From an uncultured Thermus sp. (GTDB lineage: Bacteria > Deinococcota > Deinococci > Deinococcales > Thermaceae), in contig CAMTVD010000014.1 of assembly GCA_947085095.1 (NCBI GenBank), forward strand, positions 128,001 through 192,000: a stretch of DNA of 64,000 nt, written 5' to 3'. A program made the position numbers and the translations under genes. How positions within the stretch are numbered: the first letter of the stretch is position 1; each line of letters begins with the position of its first letter. Below, one piece after another: positions 18,023 to 27,720 of this stretch. Under the pieces are notes generated by a model, which was given only the letters and a program-made list of their open reading frames with translations, was not told where the DNA came from and did not search any database.

Positions 18023-19285
18023 CTAGAGGGCTTTTTCTTCCTCCTTCTTCCCGTAGAAGATCCGCATCAGGGTGTAGGAGAGGAAGAAGGTGAGGAGGGG
18101 CCCGCCCAGGACCAGGGTCCAGAGAACGGCGTTGTTCCCCAAGAGGGAGCCCTGTTGCTGGAAGTCTATCTTGTAGCCCGCCAGGGTGCTCATGAGGAAG
18201 AAGACCAGGAGGGCCAGGATGACGCTGGTGCGCACGGGGTGCTCCGAGGGGAGCTCCAGGTAGCGCATCTTGTCCTTGCGGGTGTCCACGAAGGGAAGGA
18301 GGAGGGCCACGATGCCCAGAATCCCGGGAATCAGGACCCCGCCGATGAACTCAGGGCCAACGGTGGCCCCGAAGAGCTGGAACTGCCAGCTTGCGGGGAT
18401 GATCTGGAGAAGCCCGTAGAGCCAGAGGAAGTACCAGTCGGGCTTCACCGCCGGAGTGGTGGGGGTGGGGGGGCCGAAGGCCTCCACGGGGTGGGCCAGG
18501 AAGGCCCCCGCGATCATGGTCATGATGCCCACGTAGAGGGCGAAGAGGATGACCATCATGACCATCTGCTGGGGGTACATGGGCACGCCCAGGATCTTGC
18601 CCGGGGCCACCTTCTCCGCGTAGCGGGGCTGGGTGTGCTTCTGCTTGATCATGACCGCCAGGTGGAGCCCGATCAGGGCCATGAGGAGGAGGGGAAGCCA
18701 GAGGACGTGGAGGCTGTAGAGGCGGGGAATGGACTGGGCGGAGCCCGGGAACTCACCTCCAAACATCACCTCGGCCAGGGTGGTGCCCACCCAGGGGATG
18801 GAGGCGGCGATCCCGTAGCCGATGCGGGTGGCGGTCACGGCGTAGTTATCGTAGGGGAGGGCGTAGCCGGTGAAGGCGGTGACCACCGCCAGGCCCAGAA
18901 GGGCCAGGCCCACCAGGTAGTTGATTTCCCGGGGCTTCTTGTAGGCCCCCGAGAGGAGAATGCGGAGCATGTGCAAGAAGGCGGCGGCGATCATCACGTT
19001 GGCCGACCAGTGGTGGAGGCTACGGATCACCGCCCCGAAGGGAAGGCTGTCTATGTAGAGGACGCTGGCGTAGGCAGCGGGCACGGTGCGGCCGTCGGGG
19101 AGCTTCACCTCCCGGATGGAAGGCTCAAAGTTCAAGGTGAGGAAGATGCCGGTGAGCACCAGGACGATGAAGGCGAAGAGGGTGATCTCCCCCAGGAAGA
19201 AGGAATGGTGCACCGGGAAGGCCTTGCGCAAGACCTTCTGGTAAAGGCCCGTGAGGTCCAGGCGTTCGTCTAACCACTTGTACAT
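18023..19285 (-). CDS. fbcB: Cytochrome b subunit of the bc complex
   Basis: RSLHHWSAN, LHMLR, FTGYALPYD, YSLHVLWLP, KPDWYF. Confidence 0.95.
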   Translation of the reverse strand: MYKWLDERLDLTGLYQKVLRKAFPVHHSFFLGEITLFAFIVLVLTGIFLTLNFEPSIREVKLPDGRTVPAAYASVLYIDSLPFGAVIRSLHHWSANVMIAAAFLHMLRILLSGAYKKPREINYLVGLALLGLAVVTAFTGYALPYDNYAVTATRIGYGIAASIPWVGTTLAEVMFGGEFPGSAQSIPRLYSLHVLWLPLLLMALIGLHLAVMIKQKHTQPRYAEKVAPGKILGVPMYPQQMVMMVILFALYVGIMTMIAGAFLAHPVEAFGPPTPTTPAVKPDWYFLWLYGLLQIIPASWQFQLFGATVGPEFIGGVLIPGILGIVALLLPFVDTRKDKMRYLELPSEHPVRTSVILALLVFFLMSTLAGYKIDFQQQGSLLGNNAVLWTLVLGGPLLTFFLSYTLMRIFYGKKEEEKAL

Positions 19286-19294
19286 GCTTCCCTC

Positions 19295-19924
19295 CTAGAC
19301 GTGGCGGAAGAAGCCCGCTTCCGCCTTCACCCCCACCTCGCCCAGGAACTCCCCGGCGGCCACCAGGACGCCTTCTTCCACCTTAAGGGGAAGCTGGGGT
19401 ACAGGCCTGGGCGGGGGGCCAGCGATGACCCTGGCTCCGCGGGCGAGGTCATAGATTCCACCGTGGCAGGGACAAAGGGCTGCCTTCTTGTCCGCCACCC
19501 ACTGGCTCACGATGCAACCCAGGTGGGTGCAGACGGCGGAGTAGGCCACGATCCCTTCCACCCCGTTCTGGGCCACCTCGGGGGCGAGCTCCTCGGGGTT
19601 ATAGCGCACCACCAGGACGGTGTTTTTGGCCTCGCCGCTTTTCACCACCTTGGTCTTGGGGTCCATGGGGTAGGCCAGAACGAAGGGGTCGCCGGGCTTG
19701 AGCTCCTCAGGGCGGATGGGTTTAGGCTCACCCCCGCCTTGGGCGTAAACCAGAATGTCTCCCGGCTTCAGGGGTTCCTTCTCCGGGGTGACCTCGGCCT
19801 TGGGGCGCAGGCTCGCCCCCACGTAGAAGGCGGAAACCAAGGAGAGGCCGATTCCGGTGCCGATGGCGGTCTTCAGGAAAAGCCGCCTGCGGGATCTTTG
19901 CAAGCGAATCTCGCGTTCGTCCAT
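19295..19924 (-). CDS. fbcF: Rieske 2Fe-2S subunit
   Basis: Tat motif RRLFLK; CTHLGC and CPCHGG boxes. Confidence 0.95.
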   Translation of the reverse strand: MDEREIRLQRSRRRLFLKTAIGTGIGLSLVSAFYVGASLRPKAEVTPEKEPLKPGDILVYAQGGGEPKPIRPEELKPGDPFVLAYPMDPKTKVVKSGEAKNTVLVVRYNPEELAPEVAQNGVEGIVAYSAVCTHLGCIVSQWVADKKAALCPCHGGIYDLARGARVIAGPPPRPVPQLPLKVEEGVLVAAGEFLGEVGVKAEAGFFRHV

Positions 19925-19934
19925 GCTTCACCTC

Positions 19935-20417
19935 TTACCAGGGGAAGTGGCTCTTCTCCTCCTCGGTGATCACCTCGTCCCGGCCGAAGAACTTCTTGTA
20001 AATGCCCAAAAGGGCGGCTACCACTAGGCTGATGGTTCCGAAGACAAAGCCCTGGAGCCAGGTGGGGTTATGCCCGGTCTGGGCGGCGTAAACGAGAAGG
20101 CGCACAAAGAAACCGGAGAGGGCGGTGAGGAGAAGAACCAGGACCACACCCACCGCTACCGGTGCGGTGGAGGGAGTGGGGAAATGGCGGCCAGGGCGAA
20201 GCTCTATCCCTTCCAGCCAGTAGGAGACCAGGCCGATTAGTCCGTAGAGGAGTAAGACAGCGCCAAAGGCCATGAGGCCAATCTGGCCCACGGAAAGCTT
20301 TTGTGGAACGTGGCCCAGCAGGCGGGCGATGTGGAGCCCATCCAGGTAGGCCATGTAGAAGAGGCCTGCGGCCAGGATGAGGGCGAAGGTGGGTACGATG
20401 GGGTCATTGCGGTACAT
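19935..20417 (-). CDS. fbcX: Hydrophobic bc-complex subunit FbcX
   Basis: Four TM helices; lies between the cytochrome c and Rieske genes as in the Thermus fbcCXFB operon. Confidence 0.8.
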   Translation of the reverse strand: MYRNDPIVPTFALILAAGLFYMAYLDGLHIARLLGHVPQKLSVGQIGLMAFGAVLLLYGLIGLVSYWLEGIELRPGRHFPTPSTAPVAVGVVLVLLLTALSGFFVRLLVYAAQTGHNPTWLQGFVFGTISLVVAALLGIYKKFFGRDEVITEEEKSHFPW

Positions 20418-20430
20418 GCCTTAGCCCTCC

Positions 20431-21156
20431 TTATTCCACCGGGCCGAAGTTGTTGCCGAAGCTGTTGCGGATGTAGGTGGCCACGGCTTTGAGCTCCTCT
20501 TCCGAGAAGGCGGCTCCCACCGGGGGCATCGCCCCGCGCCCGTTCTTTACGACGCTAAGGATCATCTGGGCGTCCTTTAGGTTGGCGTTGCCCGCCAGGG
20601 CAGGCATAACCGGGGGCATTCCCTGGCCGTCTGCCCCATGGCAGGCGGCGCAGTTGGCCTCGTAGATGGACTTACCCTTTTCCATGAGGGCGGGGTCCAG
20701 GCCAGCGGCAGGCTGGGCGGGGGCTTCCCCGTGGGCGGCCTCCTTAGCGGGCGGGGCCAGTTGGGCGGCGACCTGCTCCGCCGCCGGGGAGAGGGCGAAG
20801 TAGGCCCAGATGCTCCCTAGGACCGCCACCGTGGCCACGGCGTACCAGATGGGGTTGAAGCGCACGGGCTCCACCGGGAGTTCGGGCTCGCCCACGGCGA
20901 GGCGGAGCTCCACCTCCCCCGCCACCTCGCTCCCCTCGTCCAGGCCTAGGACAGAGACGCTGGGGTAGTTGTTCACGGTGAAGGAGATTTCCCGCACCTC
21001 CTGGCCACCGCCCCGGAAGTGGGTCACCACCCTTAAGGTGTGTTCCCCATCGGGGATCCTCCGGGTATCCAGCTTGAGGCGGTAGGGGGGTTCCTTGAGG
21101 ACCGCGAGGGGTTCCGCGGCCCCGTCCAGGTAGACTTCGATCCGGTCTACGACCAT
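20431..21156 (-). CDS. fbcC: Membrane-anchored cytochrome c subunit of the bc complex
   Basis: N-terminal Ig-like region, TM helix, CAACH heme motif, AMP distal Met; GGGAGG RBS before ATG 21156. Confidence 0.9.
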   Translation of the reverse strand: MVVDRIEVYLDGAAEPLAVLKEPPYRLKLDTRRIPDGEHTLRVVTHFRGGGQEVREISFTVNNYPSVSVLGLDEGSEVAGEVELRLAVGEPELPVEPVRFNPIWYAVATVAVLGSIWAYFALSPAAEQVAAQLAPPAKEAAHGEAPAQPAAGLDPALMEKGKSIYEANCAACHGADGQGMPPVMPALAGNANLKDAQMILSVVKNGRGAMPPVGAAFSEEELKAVATYIRNSFGNNFGPVE

Positions 21157-21168
21157 CCTGCCTCCCTT

Positions 21169-21186
21169 TTGTGAATGGGGGTACAA
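21169..21186. promoter_or_regulatory. Candidate Rex operator upstream of fbcC
   Basis: TTGTGAA-TGGG-GGTACAA versus Rex consensus TTGTGAA-N4-TTCACAA; lies between the -10 (TATAGT) and the RBS. Confidence 0.55.
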
Positions 21187-21237
21187 AACCCCACTCCACC
21201 ACTATAAGACCCCTAGGACAAGGACAGATGTCCCAGC

Positions 21238-21999
21238 TCACACCAGGCCCTGGAGGCGGCCGAGGCTCTGGCGCACGCCAGGTGCCCCACCGCCCACCTC
21301 GAGGGCCGCCGTTCCCGAAAAGCCCTTGAGGAAAGGGGCGAGCTTTTCCCAGGGAACGCTTCCCGTCCCCACGGGCAGGTGGTCGTCCCTTTGCCCGTGG
21401 TTGTCGTGGAGGTGGAGGTGGAGGAGCTTTTCCCCCAGGGCCTCGAGGTAGAGGAAAGGCCCCCTGGGCCCCAGTTCCACCAGGGCGTGGCCCACGTCCA
21501 GGCAGAAGCCGTACTGGGGGAAGCGGGCGAGGAGGTCCTTAAGGGCTTCGGGTCCCTTGAGGAGATCCTCTTCCGAGAGGGCCAGGTTCTCCAGGGCGAT
21601 GGGGAAGGGGAGGGGGAGGAGGGCGGTGAGGGTCTTTTCCAGGGCCTCCTGGGCCAGGGAGAGGGCCATGGGGTGGCGGACGGGCACCTGGCCCGTGTGC
21701 AGAACCCCCACCCTGGCCCCCAGGGCCTCCCCGAACTCCAGGGCCCTCTTGATGCGGTCTTCCGAAAGCTGGCGCACGCTTTTGATGAGGCTTGCCGGGT
21801 TCAGCTCCACGAAGGGGAGGTGAAGGGTGAAGCCCACCCCCAGGGCCTCCCCCGTGGCCTTGAGGCTTTTGGGATCAGGCAGGGGAAGCACCTCGTGGAG
21901 GTCGTAGGCCACCTCCAGGTCCACGCCCAGCTCCGCCGCCAGGCGGAAGCCCTCCTCGTAGCCCAGTTCCGCGTTAAAGGGGCTGAAACCTAGACGCAC
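21238..21999 (-). CDS. Sugar phosphate isomerase/epimerase (xylose isomerase-like TIM barrel)
   Basis: TLHLPF, VLHTG, ALENL, CLDVGH, HLHLHDN, DDHLPVG, ALEV. Confidence 0.9.
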   Translation of the reverse strand: MRLGFSPFNAELGYEEGFRLAAELGVDLEVAYDLHEVLPLPDPKSLKATGEALGVGFTLHLPFVELNPASLIKSVRQLSEDRIKRALEFGEALGARVGVLHTGQVPVRHPMALSLAQEALEKTLTALLPLPFPIALENLALSEEDLLKGPEALKDLLARFPQYGFCLDVGHALVELGPRGPFLYLEALGEKLLHLHLHDNHGQRDDHLPVGTGSVPWEKLAPFLKGFSGTAALEVGGGAPGVRQSLGRLQGLV

Positions 22000-22007
22000 G
22001 CGCCCTC

Positions 22008-23204
22008 CTAGCGGATGGCCTCCGCCTTCCTCTGGGCCTCCTCCAGGGCCTTCTGGGGGGGAACGCCCCCCTTCAGGCTCCTCTCCAGGGCCTCGGCCAG
22101 GAGGCTGGCCCAGGCGGAGAACTGGGTAAGGCGGGGCCTCTCCTGGGCGTGGGCGATCTGTTCAAAGGCCACCTTGCGGAAGGGGTTCTCCCGGTAGAAG
22201 TCCTCCAGCAAGGGGATGGCGGACTTGCGCACGGGCACGTAATAGCTGGCCTCCACCCAACGGGCCACGTTTCTGGGCTCCATGAGGTACTTCCAGAACT
22301 CTATGGCCCCCCGCACCTGGGCCTCGGAGGCCCCCCTCAGGACCACCAGCTGGGCCCCGCCCATGGGCACCTTCCCCCCGGGCTCCCGGGGCACGGGGGC
22401 CACCCCCAGGGTGAAGGCGAAGGAGAAGTTCTCCGCGGCGGGCCAGTTGGCGATGGAGGCCATGACCATCATTCCCTTGGTGCGCACGAAGTCCAGCTGG
22501 GCGAAGGTGGACTCGGCCATGCTCCGCACGGAGAGGGCCCCGGCCCGGTTCAGGCGGGTCAGCATCTCCAGGGCCTCGAGGGCCTCCTTGGAGGTGAAGT
22601 TGGGTTTTCCCTCCTTGGTCAGGCTCCCGCCCCGGCTCGTCACCATGGCCTCAAAGAGCCAGGCCTGGGGGTCGGTGACGAAGATGAAGCCCTTGGTCTG
22701 GCGGGAGGAGAGGGCCTTGGCCACCTCCTCAAACTCCTTCCAGTTCCTGGGGGCCTTTAGGCCCTTGGCGCGGAAGGTGTCCAGGTTGTAGAAGAGGACG
22801 GGGGTGGAGGTGTTCAGGGGGAGGCCGAACCGTCGCCCCTCCATCACCCCGTAGTTCCAGGCGGGCTCAAAGAGGTCTTCCAGGAAGCTCCTTTCCAGGT
22901 TCAGATAGGGGTCCAGGGCCAGGGCCCGCCCCTCTCCCACCAGGCGGGGAAAAAAGGAGATCTCCGCCTGGAAGAGGACCGGGGCGGCCCCGGTGCGCAG
23001 GGCGGCCACCAGCTTGGTCTCGGCGTCCCGGTAGTCCCCCACGTACTGGGGGGAGGCCCGGTAGAGGTTTTGCCTGGCGTTGAACTCCTGGGCAAAGGCG
23101 GCGAGGAGGCGGCCTGCGGGGCCGTCCATGGAGTGCCAGAAGGTCACCTCGGTCTGGGCCAGGGCGGGGGCCAGGAGGAGGAGGAGGGGCCAGAGCTTCT
23201 TCAT
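22008..23204 (-). CDS. ABC transporter substrate-binding protein (UgpB-like, family 1)
   Basis: Signal peptide, TFWHSM, LPLNTSTPVLFYN, PMGGAQL, YYVPVRKSA. Confidence 0.9.
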   Translation of the reverse strand: MKKLWPLLLLLAPALAQTEVTFWHSMDGPAGRLLAAFAQEFNARQNLYRASPQYVGDYRDAETKLVAALRTGAAPVLFQAEISFFPRLVGEGRALALDPYLNLERSFLEDLFEPAWNYGVMEGRRFGLPLNTSTPVLFYNLDTFRAKGLKAPRNWKEFEEVAKALSSRQTKGFIFVTDPQAWLFEAMVTSRGGSLTKEGKPNFTSKEALEALEMLTRLNRAGALSVRSMAESTFAQLDFVRTKGMMVMASIANWPAAENFSFAFTLGVAPVPREPGGKVPMGGAQLVVLRGASEAQVRGAIEFWKYLMEPRNVARWVEASYYVPVRKSAIPLLEDFYRENPFRKVAFEQIAHAQERPRLTQFSAWASLLAEALERSLKGGVPPQKALEEAQRKAEAIR

Positions 23205-23240
23205 GAGGGGGATTCTACCACCCGGTTGGTCAAGCCGGGG

Positions 23241-24434
23241 TCAAGGGCGCCGCTCCACCGCCAGGGCCTTCTTCTGGGCCTCCTCGAGGGCCACCCGGGG
23301 CTTCACCCCCAGTTTCAGGCTCCGCTCCAGGGCCTCCTCCAGGAAGCCGTACCAGACCACCAGCTCCGGGTCCTGGCTCCAGGGGCGGGCCACCTCCGCC
23401 TGGGCGAAGACCTGGCCCCTCTCCGGGTCCTTCAGGAAATCGGCGAGCTCCCTCTCCGCCTCCTTGCGCAAGGGAAGGTACCAGGTGGTGCGCACCCACT
23501 CCGCCTGGCGCTTGGGCTCCAGGAAGTGGCGGAAGAAGGCCGCCGCCCCCTGGGCCTGCTCGGGGCTTGCCCCCTTAAGGACCACCAGCACCGCCCCGGA
23601 GAGGGGCACTCCTCCCCCCGCTTCCCGGGGCAGAGGGGCCATCCCCACCTGGAAGGGGAGGGCGGTCTGGGCCAGGACCACGGGGAGGGCGGTGGTGGGG
23701 CCTACGCCCATGAAGACCTTGGTGCGCAGGAAGTCGGCCACGGCGAACTGGGCCTCCGCCAGGTTCCTGGCCTGGGCGTGGCCCTTCTGCACCATGCGGT
23801 GGAGCATCTCCAGGGCCTCCACCACCTCCTTGGAGGTGAAGGCGGGAAGCCCGTCCTTTACCAGGCTCCCCCCCAGGCTCATGACCAGGGCGTTGAAGCT
23901 CCAGATGTCCGTGGAGACCACCAGGCCCTTGGCGGTGCGGCCCGTGAGGCGGGCGGCGGCCTCTTCCACCTCGGCCCAGGTCCTGGGGGGCCTCAGCCCC
24001 CTGGCGCGGAAGGCGTCCTTGTTGTAGTAGAGGGCGGGCACGGAAAGCCCCAGGGGGAGGCCATAGGTTCTCCCCCTAACCTGGCCCGCCCGGAGCATCT
24101 CCGGGTAGAGGTCCTTGGGGAGGTTCTGGAGATGGGCGTCCAGGGGCAGGGCCACCCCTTCCTGGGCCAGGCGGGGCAGGAAGGAGAGTTCCCCGTGGAA
24201 GAGGACCGGGGCTCCGCCTGCGCGCAAGGCGGCCAGGAGCCTGACCCCCGCCTCCCGGTAGTCGCCCACGTAGCGGGCCTCGAGGCGGTAGACCTTCTGG
24301 CCCTCGTTAAAGCTCTGGATGGCCGCTTCCAAGACCTTGTCCCCCGGGGGGCCGGCGGTGTGCCAGAAGGGGATGGCCACCTGGGCCTGGGCCAGGGAGG
24401 CCAGGATGAGGAGGGGCAAGGGAAACCGTCTCAT
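23241..24434 (-). CDS. ABC transporter substrate-binding protein, paralogue of the neighbour
   Basis: PFWHTA, YVGDYREA, LYYNKD, LEEALERSLK shared with 22008-23204. Confidence 0.9.
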   Translation of the reverse strand: MRRFPLPLLILASLAQAQVAIPFWHTAGPPGDKVLEAAIQSFNEGQKVYRLEARYVGDYREAGVRLLAALRAGGAPVLFHGELSFLPRLAQEGVALPLDAHLQNLPKDLYPEMLRAGQVRGRTYGLPLGLSVPALYYNKDAFRARGLRPPRTWAEVEEAAARLTGRTAKGLVVSTDIWSFNALVMSLGGSLVKDGLPAFTSKEVVEALEMLHRMVQKGHAQARNLAEAQFAVADFLRTKVFMGVGPTTALPVVLAQTALPFQVGMAPLPREAGGGVPLSGAVLVVLKGASPEQAQGAAAFFRHFLEPKRQAEWVRTTWYLPLRKEAERELADFLKDPERGQVFAQAEVARPWSQDPELVVWYGFLEEALERSLKLGVKPRVALEEAQKKALAVERRP

Positions 24435-24444
24435 CCCCTAAAGC

Positions 24445-25224
24445 TTACCGGGCCCCGGGTGAGAGGGCTGAAAGGGGGAGCCCTATTTCCCTTAGGAAGG
24501 GCGAGGCCCTGTGGTAAAGGACCGCCCGCACCTCCAGGAACCGCTTGCGGGCTGTGAGGCCAGGGAACCCCTCGGGTAGGAGTTCCGCGGGCAGGAGGGG
24601 GTCCAGAAAGAGAATCTTGCGCATCTCGTGGACCAGGCGGGTGAGGGCTTGGAAGGCCTCGAGGGGGTCCTGGGGGTGGGGGGGCGCTAGGCCCAGGGAG
24701 CGGTACTTGGACTCCGCCTCTTCCAGGGCGAAGGCCCGGAGCACCTCCTCCCTAGAGCCCAGGTGCCTTCCCCGGAAAAAGGTGGCGGGAAGGCCGTAAA
24801 AGGCCAGGAGCTCCTGGGTGGCCTTGAGATCGGCGCTTGCGCCCAGATAGAGCCCGCTTTGCAGACTCCCGTAGCCCAGAAGGGCCATCTCCCGCTTGAA
24901 GCGCTCCCGCTCCCCCCGCGCCTTGGGGCCCTCGGGCAGGACCAGGAGGAAGGTGCCGTCCCAGGGGGGCAGGGGCTCGTAAAGGCGGCGGCGCACCTGG
25001 CGCACCTGCCAGTAGACCCGTTCCGAGAGGGCGTAGCAGGCCACCCGCCCCTGCCTTTCCGCCACCACCCAGCCCCGCTTGGCGCTCCGGGAAAGCGCCG
25101 CCCGCACCGCCGCCTCCGAAAAGCCCAGGGCGGCCATCATGGCGATGATGGCCTTCAGGGGGGCGTGCCTCTCTGGGTAAAAGTACTCCGCAAAAAGTGT
25201 GAAGATGGTGGACCGGGCCCTCAT
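24445..25224 (-). CDS. PaaX family transcriptional regulator
   Basis: ARSTIFTLFAEY, EAAVRAALSR..KRGW, WDG, LFLDPLLPAELLP. Confidence 0.9.
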   Translation of the reverse strand: MRARSTIFTLFAEYFYPERHAPLKAIIAMMAALGFSEAAVRAALSRSAKRGWVVAERQGRVACYALSERVYWQVRQVRRRLYEPLPPWDGTFLLVLPEGPKARGERERFKREMALLGYGSLQSGLYLGASADLKATQELLAFYGLPATFFRGRHLGSREEVLRAFALEEAESKYRSLGLAPPHPQDPLEAFQALTRLVHEMRKILFLDPLLPAELLPEGFPGLTARKRFLEVRAVLYHRASPFLREIGLPLSALSPGAR

Positions 25225-27203
25225 CCGAACGCTGGCTCCAGCTGCCTTTCCCGGTACTCCCTGAGGGCGCCTTCCAGGAAGGTGGCAAGGGGCATGGCCC
25301 CCAGGTTGCCCTTGTGGCGGCGGCGCACGCTCACCGCGCCCTCGGCCTTCTCCTTCTCCCCCACCACCAGGACGTAGGGGACCTTCTTCAGTTCGGCGTC
25401 CCGGATGCGGGCCTGCATCCTCTCGGGCCGGGTGTCCGCCTCGGCCCGGAGGCCCGCCTCCTTGAGCCTATGGGCCACCTCCAGGGCGTAGTCCTCCTGT
25501 TTTTCCGATACCGGCACCACCACTGCCTGCACCGGGGCAAGCCATAGGGGGAAGTCCCCGGCGAAGTGCTCTATGAGGATGCCGATGAAGCGCTCCAAGG
25601 AGCCGAAGGGGGCCCGGTGGAGCATGACCGGGCGGTGCTCCTCGCCATCGGGGCCCACGTAGGTGAGGCCGAAGCGCTCGGGGAGGTTGTAGTCCACCTG
25701 GATGGTGCCGAGCTGCCACTCCCGCCCCAGGGCGTCCTTCACCACGAAGTCCAGCTTGGGGCCGTAGAAGGCGGCATCCCCCTCCTCCACCGTGTAGCGG
25801 AGGCCGGCCTCGAGGGCCGCCTCCTCAATCTGCCTTTCCGCCAAGGACCACTTGGCCTCGTCCCCCACGTACTTTTCGCTTTTCGGGTCCCGGGTTCCGA
25901 TGCGGGCGCGGTAGTCCTTGAGGCCCAAGGTGGCGAAGACCTTCAGCACCAGGTCCAAGACCCCCAGGAACTCCCCCTTCACCTCTTCGGGGGTGCAGAA
26001 GATGTGGGCATCGTCCTGGGTGAAGCCCCGCGCCCGGGTGAGGCCCAGAAGCTCCCCCGCCTTTTCGTAGCGGTAGACGGTGCCGAACTCCGCCAGGCGC
26101 AGGGGAAGCTCCCGGTAGGAGCGCTTTTTGTGGGCGTAGATGCGGATGTGGTGGGGGCAGTTCATGGGCTTCAGGAGGTACTCCTCCTCTTCGCCCCGCT
26201 CCTTGAAGCTGATGGGGGGGAACTGGCTTTCGGCGTAGTAAGGGTAGTGGCCCGAGGTCTGGTAGAGCTCCAGGCTGCCGATGTGGGGGGTGGTGACCAG
26301 CTGGTAGCCCCGCTTCACCTGCTCCTCCCGCATAAAGGCGATGAGCTCTTCCCGGATCACGTTCCCCTTGGGAAGCCAGAGGACCAGTCCCTTCCCCACC
26401 ATGGGGTCAATGAGGAAAAGCTCCAGCTCCCGCCCCAGGCGGCGGTGGTCCCGCTTCTTGGCCTCCTCCAGCTGCCAGAGGTACTCCCTAAGCTCCTCGG
26501 CGGTGCGGAAGGCCACCCCGTAGACCCGTTGCAGCATGGGCCTTCTTTCGTCCCCCCGCCAGTAGGCCCCGGCCACGTGGGTGAGCTTGAAGTGGGGGGG
26601 GATGCGCCCCGTGGAGGGCACGTGGGGGCCGCGGCAGAGGTCGGTGAAGCCAAACTCCTCGTCCCCCTGCTGGTAAAAGCTGATCTCCTCCTCCTCGGGG
26701 AGGTCCAGAATGAGCTCCGTCTTGTAGGGGTCCTTCCCCTGGTAGCGGGCCAGGGCCACCTCCCGGGGGAGGACGTAGCGCCGCAAGGGGAGGTCCCGTT
26801 TGAGGATCTCCCGCATTCTTTCCTCAATCTGGGGCAGGTCCTCGTCGGAGAGGGGCTCGGGGGCGTCTATGTCGTAGTAGAAGCCCTTTTCTATCACCGG
26901 GCCCACCCCGAGCCTCACGCTTTCCGGGTCGTGGCCCTTTTCCCGGAAAAACTCCTTCACCGCCTGGGCCAGGACGTGGGCCAGGGTGTGGCGGAAGAGG
27001 TGCTGGTACTCGGGGTCCTTCTCCGTGAGGAGGCGCACCGTGGCTCCCGGGGGAAGGGGTTTGAGGAGGTCGTAGACTTCCCCGTTCACGATGGCCCCCA
27101 CCGCCGCCTTAGCTAGCCCGGGGCCGATGCGCTCGGCCACGTCCCTGGCGGTGGCCCCCTCGGGGACCTCGAGGGCCTTCCCATCCGGCAGGTAAACCGT
27201 CAT
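25221..27203 (-). CDS. thrS: Threonine--tRNA ligase
   Basis: TGS domain, DLCRGPHV, KPMNCPHH, GLTRARGFTQDDAH, AFYGPK, HRAPFGSLERF; TATAGT-N7-ATG start. Confidence 0.98.
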   Translation of the reverse strand: MTVYLPDGKALEVPEGATARDVAERIGPGLAKAAVGAIVNGEVYDLLKPLPPGATVRLLTEKDPEYQHLFRHTLAHVLAQAVKEFFREKGHDPESVRLGVGPVIEKGFYYDIDAPEPLSDEDLPQIEERMREILKRDLPLRRYVLPREVALARYQGKDPYKTELILDLPEEEEISFYQQGDEEFGFTDLCRGPHVPSTGRIPPHFKLTHVAGAYWRGDERRPMLQRVYGVAFRTAEELREYLWQLEEAKKRDHRRLGRELELFLIDPMVGKGLVLWLPKGNVIREELIAFMREEQVKRGYQLVTTPHIGSLELYQTSGHYPYYAESQFPPISFKERGEEEEYLLKPMNCPHHIRIYAHKKRSYRELPLRLAEFGTVYRYEKAGELLGLTRARGFTQDDAHIFCTPEEVKGEFLGVLDLVLKVFATLGLKDYRARIGTRDPKSEKYVGDEAKWSLAERQIEEAALEAGLRYTVEEGDAAFYGPKLDFVVKDALGREWQLGTIQVDYNLPERFGLTYVGPDGEEHRPVMLHRAPFGSLERFIGILIEHFAGDFPLWLAPVQAVVVPVSEKQEDYALEVAHRLKEAGLRAEADTRPERMQARIRDAELKKVPYVLVVGEKEKAEGAVSVRRRHKGNLGAMPLATFLEGALREYRERQLEPAFG

Positions 27204-27271
27204 GGTTTCCACTATACCGCTTTCCCGCCCCCCGGCTTGACCTGGCCCGGCCTTTGGTTGACCCTGGAAGG

Positions 27272-27550
27272 GTGAAGCGGGTTTCCCTTCGCCAAGCCAA
27301 AGCCCAGCTTTCCCGGCTTCTCAAGGAAGTGGCCCTGGGGGAGGGGGTGGTCCTCCTGCGAGGCGCGGAGCCCGTGGCCCTCTGGGTGCCCTACCGGGCC
27401 AAGGGGAGGAAGCGCCGCTTCAAAGGCCGCCTGCGCATCGGGGAGGACTTTGACGCCTCCCTTCCCCCGGAGATGGCCCAGGCCTTCGGCCCACGCCTTT
27501 CTCTTTGGCGGGGGACGAGCGGCTTTCCCCTGGGGCCCGCAAGGCCATAG
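27272..27550 (+). pseudogene. Phd/YefM family antitoxin, stop codon lost by deletion
   Basis: VSLRQAKAQLSRLLKEV..GE.VVL..EPVA...EDFDASLPPEMAQAFG, then reads on out of frame into toxin sequence. Confidence 0.75.
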
Positions 27551-27720
27551 AGGAGGGGGAAGAAGTCTATGTGAGCGCGGCCAGCGTTTGGGAGATGGCC
27601 ACCAAAGCCGGCCTGGGCCGCCTGGAGTTGCCCGAAGACCTGGAAAGCTTCCTCCTTGAAGCCATGAAGGACCCCTTTGACCGCCTCCTGGTGGCCCAGG
27701 CCTTCAGGGAGGGGCTTACG
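27492..27720 (+). pseudogene. PIN-domain (VapC-like) toxin remnant
   Basis: HAFL (27492-27503), frameshift, then LAGDERLSPGARKAIE..VSAASVWEMATK..GRL...KDPFDRLLVAQAFREGLT. Lacks the N-terminal LLDT, a central segment and the C-terminal LVTxD. Confidence 0.8.

Noticed and set aside
18023..21156. Four-subunit bc complex with PDWY motif and a Ser-less Rieske box as a novelty
   Set aside because: This is the established Thermus fbcCXFB menaquinol-oxidising complex.
27204..27271. T-box or thrS operator
   Set aside because: thrS appears leaderless (TATAGT-N7-ATG), leaving no room, and no T-box sequence is present.
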